A DNA stretch of 64,000 nucleotides from a bacterium (lineage in GTDB: Bacteria; Patescibacteriota; Minisyncoccia; Phycocordibacterales; CALRBL01). The stretch lies in NCBI GenBank assembly GCA_027487075.1, contig JAIYEG010000002.1, positions 1,244 to 65,243 on the forward strand, given 5' to 3'. Positions 1-9,020 of the stretch are shown in pieces (the first letter of the stretch is position 1; every line of letters begins with the position of its first letter). Made by a program: the position numbers and the translations under genes. A model generated the notes under the pieces. That model was given only the letters and a program-made list of their open reading frames with translations, did not search any database and was not told the origin of the DNA.

Positions 1-777
1 CTGTTGTTTCCGAAAAAGGTTCGAGAAGAGGTGTGGGCTCTCTATCAGTTTGTACGTTTTTATGACGAAATAGTTGATACCCAAAAACAAGATCAGGAAG
101 CTACGCTCATTCATCATATTGCTCTATTTACTAACGCGTACGACCAAGGTATTCCCTCAGGTCTGTTTATTATTGATGAATTTGTACAACTCATGCATAA
201 ACACAAGATACCTCGTGAATATGCTGAGAGTTTTTTTGAGGCAATGAAAACAGATCTTTCCAAGGCTCACTATCAAACGTATCAAGAGCTTGAAGACTAT
301 ATGTATGGGTCTGCGACGGTGATTGGCTATATGATGAGTATTTTGATTGGATGTGCAGATCAGAATGCATTGCCCCATGCACGTGCGCTTGCTGAGGCGT
401 TTCAAATGACTAATTTCCTGCGCGATATCAAGAGTGACTATGAAGAACGTCATCGTATATACATGCCACGTGAAGACATGCAACGGTTCGGTGTTACTGA
501 AGAGCATATTAAGCAAGGGATTAATGATGATGCGTGGAAAGCCTTTGTGAAGTTTGAAATAGCACGCATTCGAACGTTATACCAAAAAGGCGTGGATGGC
601 ATTCATTACCTCAGCAAAGATGGACGCAAGGCGGTGTATGCTGCTGCATTGGTGTATGGTTGTATTCAGGAACAGATAGAGAAAGCTGATTATGATGTGT
701 TCTCTCGTCGTATTGTGGTGAGTCCGTTTGATAAGACCATGCTATTATTAAAAGCACTATGGAAAAGAAATCTGTAA
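1..777 (+). CDS. crtB: Phytoene/squalene synthase (5' partial, frame open from window edge)
   Basis: FVRFYDEIVD and FQMTNFLRDI motifs, RIYMP; overlaps crtI start. Confidence 0.9.
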   Translation: MLFPKKVREEVWALYQFVRFYDEIVDTQKQDQEATLIHHIALFTNAYDQGIPSGLFIIDEFVQLMHKHKIPREYAESFFEAMKTDLSKAHYQTYQELEDYMYGSATVIGYMMSILIGCADQNALPHARALAEAFQMTNFLRDIKSDYEERHRIYMPREDMQRFGVTEEHIKQGINDDAWKAFVKFEIARIRTLYQKGVDGIHYLSKDGRKAVYAAALVYGCIQEQIEKADYDVFSRRIVVSPFDKTMLLLKALWKRNL

Positions 778-2264
778 TCATTATTGGGGGAGGAATAGGA
801 GGATTGGCATTGTCTGCGTTACTTGGCAAAAAAGGGTATAAGGTGACCTTGCTCGAAAAGAATGACACGGTCGGTGGACGTGCGCGTATCTTTCGACAAG
901 ATGGATTTTTGTTTGATATGGGACCAAGTTGGTACATGATGCCCGATGTGTTTAAGCATTACTTTGATCTTCTTGGTGAAGATATTTCTGAATACTATAC
1001 CCTCAAAAAGCTTGAGCCTTCATATCAAATAACGCTCAAAAGCGATGGTGCATCATATCTGTTTCACTCTGATATGAAAAAGAATAAAGCGTTCTTTGAA
1101 TCAGTAGAACCTGGTGCAGGAAAGGTGTTTGAGGATTTTATGAATGATACGAAGTATCAATACGAGATCGCAAAGAACGAGTTTATGTACAAAAATTATG
1201 ATTCTATTTTTGATTTTTTGAATCTTCGAGTGATGCGCGAAGGATCACGACTTCCTCTTTTTAAGAAACAAAAAGATATCATAGAGAAGAAATTTAAGAG
1301 TGAAATTCTTCGAAAGGCATTGCAATACCAAACGGTGCTTTTAGGAACTGCCCCTGGAGACACACCCGGTATTTATAGTCTCATGAACTATGTCGATCTC
1401 GTGCTTGGTGAGTGGTATCCCGATGGGGGAATCAGAGCAGTGCCTGAGTCACTTGAAAAAGTGGCACGAAAGTACGGTGTTACGATTCGCACCAACGCTC
1501 CCGTGCGCCGTATTATCATCGAACAAAACAATGCAAAAGGTGTCGAGCTTGAGAATGGCGAAGTGGTGCATGCTGATATGGTCGTTTCAAATGCCGACGT
1601 TGCATTCACCGATATGAAGTTGCTCGATGAAAAACATCGTGTCTATTCTGATGCATACTGGAACAAGCGTGTCTTGGCACCGAGTGCCTTTATCCTCTAT
1701 TTAGGAGTAAAAGACACTATTCCTGGACTCCAGCATCATAACTTATTGTTTACCAAAAATTGGGAACAGGGATTTGGAGAAATTTTCAAAACTCCAACAT
1801 GGCCGCAGGATCCTTCTATGTATATTTGTGTTCCTTCTAAGACTGATCCGACAGTGGCTCCACCTGATCATGAAAACTTGTTTGTGCTTGTGCCGATTGC
1901 CTCAGGACTCGAATACACAGAAGAGTTTGCAAAGGACTATGGTGACAAGGTTATCGATGAGATTGCGAAATACTATAATATTCCAAACCTCAAAGAGCGG
2001 ATTGTGGTGCGACGTCATTACAGTGTTAAAGACTTTATTGCAGACTACAATGCATTCAAGGGTACGGCACTAGGGCTTGCTCATACGCTGACACAAACAG
2101 CAATCTTTCGCCCAAACAATGTACACCCGCGCATTAAAAACCTCCTTTATGTAGGCGCAGGAACAAACCCAGGTATTGGTATGCCTATCTGTCTTATTAG
2201 CGCAGAGATTGCGTATAAGCGTATCGAAGGAATCAAAGATCCTTCACCCCTCAAGGAGTTATAA
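759..2264 (+). CDS. crtI: Phytoene desaturase
   Basis: IIGGGIGGL FAD-binding motif, FDMGPSW, C-terminal NLLYVGAGTNPGIGMP. Confidence 0.92.
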   Translation: MEKKSVIIIGGGIGGLALSALLGKKGYKVTLLEKNDTVGGRARIFRQDGFLFDMGPSWYMMPDVFKHYFDLLGEDISEYYTLKKLEPSYQITLKSDGASYLFHSDMKKNKAFFESVEPGAGKVFEDFMNDTKYQYEIAKNEFMYKNYDSIFDFLNLRVMREGSRLPLFKKQKDIIEKKFKSEILRKALQYQTVLLGTAPGDTPGIYSLMNYVDLVLGEWYPDGGIRAVPESLEKVARKYGVTIRTNAPVRRIIIEQNNAKGVELENGEVVHADMVVSNADVAFTDMKLLDEKHRVYSDAYWNKRVLAPSAFILYLGVKDTIPGLQHHNLLFTKNWEQGFGEIFKTPTWPQDPSMYICVPSKTDPTVAPPDHENLFVLVPIASGLEYTEEFAKDYGDKVIDEIAKYYNIPNLKERIVVRRHYSVKDFIADYNAFKGTALGLAHTLTQTAIFRPNNVHPRIKNLLYVGAGTNPGIGMPICLISAEIAYKRIEGIKDPSPLKEL

Positions 2265-3107
2265 AATAAGACGTGCGATGAGTTCGATTGAAAGGATTGC
2301 TCCCATGGCGCTATTGATGGTGGGAAAATATTTGTAGACGTTGAAAAGCGCTTCGCTGTTGTAGGGTAGTTTGTATGATCGCGCCATAAAGTATGAATAC
2401 ACGCAGGCACCAATGATGCTTGCATAAGGAAGAATGGGAAAGATTAAGATAGCACTTCCTACATATAATGCCCAGCAGAAGATAATGGTCGTTCGAGGTC
2501 CACAAAGAATGGCAATTGTTTTTAGGTGTGCGTCTTTGTCAGCATCGATATCGGGTACTGCACTGTAAGCATGCATGGCAATTGCCCACATCATACCTGC
2601 AATGATGCCAAGGTAGGGAATATCAGTGCCACCAGCAAGGTAATAGCCAAATACCCCTGTTGCGACATAGTGACCAGCAGAAAACAGAGAATCAATAAGC
2701 GGTTTTGCTTTTGCTCTGATCGGAGGTGCAGAATAAAACGTTGCACAAAAAAGAAAAACAGAAAACGAAATAATGAGTGGTGTTGTATGAGGTACAAACA
2801 ACAAAAAGGGAAGATTGGTTGCAATAATCCATATCCATAAGGTGCGATGACGCTCCGGCACTACAAGTGCTTCGTATGATTGCTTTTTGGGATTCAGCTT
2901 GTCGGTTTCGTAATCAAAAATATCGTTGATCCCATAAATTAAAATGTTGGCAGGAATGAGAAAGTAAATAAAAAAGATCCAAAACGAACTGTTGGTAAGA
3001 AAATTAAGTGAGGTGTGAGCGGATAAGGTGCCGATAATGCCGAATGTCGCTGCCTCATAGAGCCAAAAGCGAGGGCGGGATATTTTTATTACTTCTGATA
3101 ATTTCAT
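2259..3107 (-). CDS. UbiA-family prenyltransferase, lycopene elongase (CrtEb/LyeJ)-like
   Basis: N-terminal ISRPRFWLY, YGINDIFDYETDKLNPKK, YSAPPIRAK, AVPDIDAD; multi-TM; start reassigned to ATG at 3107. Confidence 0.8.
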   Translation of the reverse strand: MKLSEVIKISRPRFWLYEAATFGIIGTLSAHTSLNFLTNSSFWIFFIYFLIPANILIYGINDIFDYETDKLNPKKQSYEALVVPERHRTLWIWIIATNLPFLLFVPHTTPLIISFSVFLFCATFYSAPPIRAKAKPLIDSLFSAGHYVATGVFGYYLAGGTDIPYLGIIAGMMWAIAMHAYSAVPDIDADKDAHLKTIAILCGPRTTIIFCWALYVGSAILIFPILPYASIIGACVYSYFMARSYKLPYNSEALFNVYKYFPTINSAMGAILSIELIARLIL

Positions 3108-3129
3108 ATATAAATTGTATACTATATCT

Positions 3130-3330
3130 ATGAAAAAAAATATTGGAACGTTTGATCGGGTGGTGCGCCTTCTTCTTGCAGTAGCAGTAGGTGTTGCTGC
3201 ATATATGTCGACATCAGTGGTAGGACAAATTATTCTTGCGGTGGTTGCACTGTTTACCCTGTACGAGGCTCTCGCAGGTTGGTGCGCACTGTACGCAGTG
3301 ATTGGAAAGAATACCTGTCCGATTGAGTAA
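3130..3330 (+). CDS. DUF2892/YgaP-like small membrane protein
   Basis: MKKNIGTFDRVVR, two TM segments, GWCALYAVIGKNTC. Confidence 0.8.
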   Translation: MKKNIGTFDRVVRLLLAVAVGVAAYMSTSVVGQIILAVVALFTLYEALAGWCALYAVIGKNTCPIE

Positions 3331-3353
3331 AAGCTTTGTGATATGCTATACCT

Positions 3354-4727
3354 ATGAAAACGCTTGGTATACATATCTTTCGTCGTGACCTGCGACTCGA
3401 GGACAATACCGCTCTCAATGCGCTCGCTCGGGAAGTCGACACTATTCTTCCCGTGTTTATTTTTGACAAACGACAGGTGAATGAACATCCGTATCGAAGT
3501 GTCCCTGGACTTCAAATGATGTGTGAATCACTTGGCGATCTTGATAGAACGCTCGCAGAACATGGCGCTGCCCTCTATATCGAAAGTGGAGTAGCAGAAG
3601 AAGTAGTAGAAAAACTCATCAAGACACATACACCTCACGCACTTTCTTTCAACAAAGATTACACGCCGTTTTCCGTAGATCGTGATGAGCGGATCACAAA
3701 GGTGTGCGAAACACATGGTGTGAAGGTGATCGCAGAACACGATGTGACCTTGTATGCACCTGGCACTGTACTCACCAAAGATGGCAAGCCTCATAGTGTA
3801 TATACACACTATCGTGTGGCGACAGAAGTATTGCCACTTCCTGCAGTACATCGGCTTGCAGCAAGTGCGGTATTCGCAAGACGTGAAGGTGGTGAATCAC
3901 TCACTGAGTACATTGCTCGACTTGTGCCGCATCCTGCAGGGCTTCGTGTCAAAGGGGGAAGAACGGTAGCAAAAGACATGCTCCGCGCACTCTCTCACAA
4001 CAAGACATATGCAAAAGAGCGAGATTTCCCCGCGATCAACGCCACCTCACTTTTGTCGGCACACATAAAGTTCGGCACGCTTTCAATACGTGAAATATAT
4101 GTGTATGCAAAAACTCACATGCCACACCCCGACGTCTTTTTGAGGGAGCTCCTCTGGCACGACTTCTTCACGACGGTTGCAGCACTCACACCACATGTCT
4201 ATACGGGGGCATATCGAAAAGAATTTGACAAACTCAAGTGGGATAACAACAAAGAGATGTTTGAGCGATGGAAGGAAGGTAAGACAGGATTTCCTATCGT
4301 CGATGCGGGTATGCGCGAGCTTCTCATGACGGGCTACATGCACAATCGCGTGCGTATGATCGTTGCATCATTTCTTATCAAAGATTTACATATCGATTGG
4401 CGATGGGGAGAAAAATATTTTGCTGAACGGCTTACTGACTACGATCCTGCGGTAAACAACGGCAACTGGCAGTGGGTCGCGGGGACGGGGTGTGATGCAT
4501 CGCCGTGGTTTCGTATCTTTAATCCGTGGCTCCAACAGAAAAAATTTGATGCTGAAGGGGTGTATATAAAAAAGTGGGTACCCGAACTCGCAGATCTTAG
4601 TATCGATGATATTCACGACGAGCGAGGTGATGCTCGCCATGCAGTAGGTTATCCACTTCCTCTGTGTAATCATCGTGAGGAAGCGGCGCGGACCAAAGAA
4701 CTATACGGTATCTTAAAAAAGCAATAG
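3354..4727 (+). CDS. phrB: Deoxyribodipyrimidine photolyase (class I CPD)
   Basis: FRRDLRLEDN, GKTGFPIVDAGMREL, GYMHNRVRM, DYDPAVNNGNWQW. Confidence 0.93.
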   Translation: MKTLGIHIFRRDLRLEDNTALNALAREVDTILPVFIFDKRQVNEHPYRSVPGLQMMCESLGDLDRTLAEHGAALYIESGVAEEVVEKLIKTHTPHALSFNKDYTPFSVDRDERITKVCETHGVKVIAEHDVTLYAPGTVLTKDGKPHSVYTHYRVATEVLPLPAVHRLAASAVFARREGGESLTEYIARLVPHPAGLRVKGGRTVAKDMLRALSHNKTYAKERDFPAINATSLLSAHIKFGTLSIREIYVYAKTHMPHPDVFLRELLWHDFFTTVAALTPHVYTGAYRKEFDKLKWDNNKEMFERWKEGKTGFPIVDAGMRELLMTGYMHNRVRMIVASFLIKDLHIDWRWGEKYFAERLTDYDPAVNNGNWQWVAGTGCDASPWFRIFNPWLQQKKFDAEGVYIKKWVPELADLSIDDIHDERGDARHAVGYPLPLCNHREEAARTKELYGILKKQ

Positions 4728-4748
4728 GACGATGATATACTAGTCACT

Positions 4749-6107
4749 ATGAATTTCACAAAAGCATATGTTATTGCCGTCGATATGGGATATGGTCATC
4801 AGCGTGCAGCGTATCCACTAAAAGATATTTCGACCACGCCTGAAAGTTGGAACATCGCTGATCCTTATATTATCTCTGCAAACAATTATCCTGGTATTCC
4901 AAAGAAAGATGTCAAAATGTGGAATAGTGGTCGTGGGGTGTATGAGTGGATCTCTCGTATGCGTGAAATGCCGTTCATCGGAGAGCGATTGTTTGCACTC
5001 ATGAATTATTTTCAGCGTATCGAGCATTTTTATCCCAAGCGCGATCTTTCCAAATCATCATCGCAGTTAGATTACTTATATTTTCTCATTAAAAAACGTG
5101 GACTTGGAAAGCATTTGGTGCATGAGCTCAATAAAAATCCGTTGCCGATGATCACCACCTTCTTCACCCCTGCATTTTCTGCTGAAGTACACGGGTATAA
5201 AGGTGAAATATATTGCTTGTGTACTGATACCGATATTTCTCGAGCGTGGGTACCACAACATCCTGAAAACAGCCGCATCATCTATCTTGCACCGAGTCAC
5301 CGTGTGCAAGAGCGACTTAAAGCATACGGGGTATCACCAGAAAAAATCATCACCACAGGTTTCCCGCTCCCGAAGGAGTTGGTAGCTCCCGACACTGACA
5401 AAGATACACTCCTCAGGTCAGTGGTGCTTCGTCGCATTATGCGTCTTGATCCTACCGGCACATTCCGTGAGAAGTTTAAAGATCAGATCAAGGCTTCGCT
5501 TGGCACTGAAGTGTATGGTTCTCCTGATGAGCCCGTATCAGTGGCATTTGCTATTGGAGGAGCGGCAGCGCAATACCAGATCGGTCTTGATGTGATCAAA
5601 TCACTCGCGCCTGATATTAAAAATGGAAAAGTAAAACTCAACCTCATTGCTGGTGTATCAAATAAGATTTATCGTATTTTTGAGCAGGCACTTAAGAAAG
5701 AAGGGCTCGATTTGTTCCGAGGTAAGGGTGTCGACATTATCTATCATCCACAGAAGATGGATTACTTTAAGGAGTTTAATCATCTTTTGCTCGACACCGA
5801 TATTTTGTGGACAAAGCCGAGCGAGCTTTCGTTCTACGCAGGACTCGGGCTTCCTATCCTTATTGCACCAACACTTGGCTCACAAGAAGAATACAATGAA
5901 GAGTGGCTTCATGTGGTGAATGCGGGTATTGGACAGGGAAATCCAGTGTATACCCGCGAGTGGCTCTTTGATTGGCTTGAGTCGGGTATTCTTGCAAACC
6001 ATGCACTCAACGGATTTCTGAATGTATCAAAACGTGGTGCGTATCATATCGAGAGTGTGGTGATCAAGAACAAGCCAGAACAGATGCAGGATATTCATTT
6101 GGTATAA
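4749..6107 (+). CDS. Putative GT-B glycosyltransferase (MGDG synthase/MurG-like)
   Basis: DMGYGHQRAA N-terminal motif, CTD, TGFP, DILWTKPSE, PTLGSQEEYN. Confidence 0.6.
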   Translation: MNFTKAYVIAVDMGYGHQRAAYPLKDISTTPESWNIADPYIISANNYPGIPKKDVKMWNSGRGVYEWISRMREMPFIGERLFALMNYFQRIEHFYPKRDLSKSSSQLDYLYFLIKKRGLGKHLVHELNKNPLPMITTFFTPAFSAEVHGYKGEIYCLCTDTDISRAWVPQHPENSRIIYLAPSHRVQERLKAYGVSPEKIITTGFPLPKELVAPDTDKDTLLRSVVLRRIMRLDPTGTFREKFKDQIKASLGTEVYGSPDEPVSVAFAIGGAAAQYQIGLDVIKSLAPDIKNGKVKLNLIAGVSNKIYRIFEQALKKEGLDLFRGKGVDIIYHPQKMDYFKEFNHLLLDTDILWTKPSELSFYAGLGLPILIAPTLGSQEEYNEEWLHVVNAGIGQGNPVYTREWLFDWLESGILANHALNGFLNVSKRGAYHIESVVIKNKPEQMQDIHLV

Positions 6108-6116
6108 TGTGCGTAT

Positions 6117-7025
6117 ATGATCTTTAGTTCATTCTTCATTGCGATTATCGGCTACGCACTCCTTGCTGTGGTGGCTATTCTCGACAAGCTCATTCTTTCA
6201 AAGGCGCTGAATACGTCTTCTTATACGTTCTATTCAAATCTCTTGTTTGGGTTTGCCTTTGTGATGTTGCCATTTGCGGAGCGTATCTCTTTAGAAGGTT
6301 TTTTGTGGTCTCTCGCATCAGGTTTGGGATTTGGCTTTGCGGCATGGGCAATGTTTATCGCGCTTGAGAAGAATGATGCAACACACATTATTCCATTTAT
6401 TGGTGCGATGACTGCAGTATGTACCTACGCACTTTCGGCGGTGGTACTTGGTGAATCGCTCACTCTTATTCAGACACTTGGTATCGTACTCTTGGTGGTT
6501 GCGAGTTTTTTGTTTGCCTACGAGCGAGATCGTGTGCGAGTGACGGGTATCAGCATGGGAGTGGTATGGGGAATTGTATCTGGATTGTTGTTTGCAATAT
6601 CACATGTCACCGCCAAAGTGGTATATGAACAGTACTCATTTGTCACTGGTTTTGCATGGACTAAGGGACTTGTTGTTCTTGTGGCACTGTGTGTATATCT
6701 CTTTGGTAAGAAAATGGGGCCAGCAAAAACAAAGCAGGTACCACATGCTGCACCTCGAGGACAACATAATAATTTTATACTTATTGCGGTTGATAAAATT
6801 GCAGCATTGCTCGGTATCGTCGCAGTACAGTATGCAATGTCTATTGGGAGTGTGACTATTGTGACGGGGCTTGTGGGACTTCAGTATGCACTCATTCTTA
6901 TCTACGCTCTTATCTTTACTACGTTTACTCCTCGTTTCTTTACCGAATATATTACGCGCAAAGAAATATTATTTGAAGGAACAGCTATTCTGCTTGTTAT
7001 TGGTGGTGCGGTATTACTTGCATAA
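6117..7025 (+). CDS. EamA/DMT family transporter
   Basis: About 10 TM segments in two repeats, AILDKLIL, VVLGESL. Confidence 0.75.
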   Translation: MIFSSFFIAIIGYALLAVVAILDKLILSKALNTSSYTFYSNLLFGFAFVMLPFAERISLEGFLWSLASGLGFGFAAWAMFIALEKNDATHIIPFIGAMTAVCTYALSAVVLGESLTLIQTLGIVLLVVASFLFAYERDRVRVTGISMGVVWGIVSGLLFAISHVTAKVVYEQYSFVTGFAWTKGLVVLVALCVYLFGKKMGPAKTKQVPHAAPRGQHNNFILIAVDKIAALLGIVAVQYAMSIGSVTIVTGLVGLQYALILIYALIFTTFTPRFFTEYITRKEILFEGTAILLVIGGAVLLA

Positions 7026-7030
7026 AACAT

Positions 7031-8038
7031 ATGAAAAAAGTTCCACGACATATATATCTGAAAAGAATGGGGATAGTGTTTGGCGGACTCGTGGTGGTGT
7101 ATGCATTGATGTGGATCGGATCGCTCAAGACATACCCTACTGACTTCGGTATAAGCTTCAGTCCCGAGTATGCACGTTCGCTCGGTCTTGATGCACAAGA
7201 AACCTTTGATGCTATTTTAGAAGACCTCAAGCCTACCACCGTGCGTTTGGCTGTGCCTTGGAATAAAGTAGAGCCAGAACAGGGGGTGTTTGATTATGCT
7301 GAAGTTGATAGGTTGCTTGAAAAAGCGGGAACTGCAGGAAGTAAGGTGGTACTGACGGTCGGACAAAAAGTGCCACGCTGGCCTGAGTGCTACATTCCCA
7401 CCTGGGCAGCCGCACTTCCTAAAGAAGAGCAAGAACAACAGCTTCTCAACTACGTTGCAACCACTATCAACCGCTATAAAGACAATCCTGCAATCGAACT
7501 GTGGCAAGCAGAAAATGAGGCATTCATCAACTTTCCTTTTGGTGAATGTGATGCATTCGATAGGGATTCGGTCACCAAAGAAATTGCACTTATCAGGCAG
7601 CTTGACCCGACGCGTCAGATTGTAACGACCGATAGTGGAGAATTGTCGACCTATCGCGTGGCATCACGAGAGGGTGATATTCTTGGTACGACGTTATATC
7701 GCACGACACGCGTCTCAGGAGGTTTTATTGTGCGTTATGATTGGCTCCCCCCAGCATTTTATAAGTTGAAAGCACGACTATGGGGAAATGATTATGAACA
7801 TTTTTTTGTATCAGAACTTCAGGCCGAGCCTTGGTTTGAAGGTGGCATGCCAAGCACCCTTGAGGGCTTTATGAAAGAGAAAACCTTTAGTCCAGAACGC
7901 TTTAGAGAAAATATTGCGTATGCTCACAGAGTCGGTGCATCTCGCGTTTACCTGTGGGGAGCGGAGTGGTGGTACTTTATGAAGACAAAGATTGGTGATA
8001 GTCGGTATTGGGAGGTGGCAGAAGAGCTATTTCAATAA
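7031..8038 (+). CDS. Membrane-anchored clan GH-A glycoside hydrolase (GH5/GH42-like)
   Basis: N-terminal TM; VRLAVPWNKVEPEQGVFDY, WQAENE acid/base motif, VSELQAEPW nucleophile-like motif. Confidence 0.7.
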   Translation: MKKVPRHIYLKRMGIVFGGLVVVYALMWIGSLKTYPTDFGISFSPEYARSLGLDAQETFDAILEDLKPTTVRLAVPWNKVEPEQGVFDYAEVDRLLEKAGTAGSKVVLTVGQKVPRWPECYIPTWAAALPKEEQEQQLLNYVATTINRYKDNPAIELWQAENEAFINFPFGECDAFDRDSVTKEIALIRQLDPTRQIVTTDSGELSTYRVASREGDILGTTLYRTTRVSGGFIVRYDWLPPAFYKLKARLWGNDYEHFFVSELQAEPWFEGGMPSTLEGFMKEKTFSPERFRENIAYAHRVGASRVYLWGAEWWYFMKTKIGDSRYWEVAEELFQ

Positions 8039-8077
8039 ATCTTTACAAGTGACATGGTTCGTACTACGATGCGAGGT

Positions 8078-8842
8078 ATGAAGAAATTATCATACTACAT
8101 CATTGCTCTTATTGGGTTTTCAGTGTTTTTGGTAGCTGTTCCCGCAGAAGCGAGTTCTGTATTTGTACCATGTGCGATTAGTCGTAATTTGACCGTAGGT
8201 TCTCAGGGTCAGGACGTTCGCTGTCTCCAAGACTACCTCCGCTCTCAGGGATATTGGATTACCTACTCAAGCGGATATTTTGGTGAGCAGACTCGTGTTG
8301 CAGTAGCTCAGTGGCAAGCACGCAATGGTATCTATCCAGCCAACGGCTACTTCGTCGTGTCTGGTTACAACGGCGGATATAGCAACACCAACCTCATGCG
8401 GGATGCTCAGAACGCAATCGAGAATGCTATCGATGATATTGAAGACAGCGATGAAAGCGATAATGATATCGAGGATGCTCGTGATGAGCTGTTCGATGCA
8501 GTACGCGCATACTTTGCGGGAGATTACGCTGAAGCAATCGACTATGCAGAAGAAGCTTCAGATATTGCCGCCAATGATCGTCACGGAAACAACGACTACG
8601 ATAAGCAGGATGCAAAAGACGCCATCGAAGATGCAGAGGATGCCATAGAAGACGCTCAAGATGAGATCGATGATGCAGATGATCGAGGTCGCAATGTGCG
8701 CGATGCCGAAGATCTTCTCGATGAAGCACAGGACTATCTCGATGATGCTGAGGATGCCTACGATGATCGTGACTATGATGAAGCAGTGCGCCTCGCTGAA
8801 AAGGCTGAGGATCGAGCAAACGACGCAATTGACGAACTCTAG
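8078..8842 (+). CDS. Secreted peptidoglycan-binding domain protein with acidic helical repeats
   Basis: Signal peptide; LTVGSQGQDVRCLQDYL...GYFGEQTRVAVAQWQ PG-binding motif; D/E-rich C-terminal half. Confidence 0.75.
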   Translation: MKKLSYYIIALIGFSVFLVAVPAEASSVFVPCAISRNLTVGSQGQDVRCLQDYLRSQGYWITYSSGYFGEQTRVAVAQWQARNGIYPANGYFVVSGYNGGYSNTNLMRDAQNAIENAIDDIEDSDESDNDIEDARDELFDAVRAYFAGDYAEAIDYAEEASDIAANDRHGNNDYDKQDAKDAIEDAEDAIEDAQDEIDDADDRGRNVRDAEDLLDEAQDYLDDAEDAYDDRDYDEAVRLAEKAEDRANDAIDEL

Positions 8843-8857
8843 AAGACCTGCTATAGT
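8829..8857 (+). promoter_or_regulatory. Sigma70-type promoter for the DEAD-box helicase gene
   Basis: TTGACG (8829-8834), 17 nt spacer, TG-C-TATAGT (extended -10, 8849-8857). Confidence 0.65.
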
Positions 8858-9020
8858 AGCAGGGTAACTCAATATCTCTCAGGTTCCCGTTCACGTGGAT
8901 AGAACTCACCTTCAATCGCATGACATTGTCATCGCCTAGAACCTTCGAGACCGAGCCCCGACTTATTATTTAATTGGCTCAAGGTTATAGGGTGTTTACG
9001 TGTAAGCCCTCATATACAGT

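Noticed and set aside
3108..3515. N-terminal extension of the UbiA ORF
   Set aside because: It overlaps two opposite-strand genes; family-like sequence starts at MKLSEVIKISRPRFW (3107).
8390..8842. Repetitive GATGA/GATGC-rich DNA as a possible CRISPR or tandem array
   Set aside because: Explained by Asp/Glu/Ala codons; no fixed repeat-spacer period. No CRISPR array or cas gene was seen in the window.
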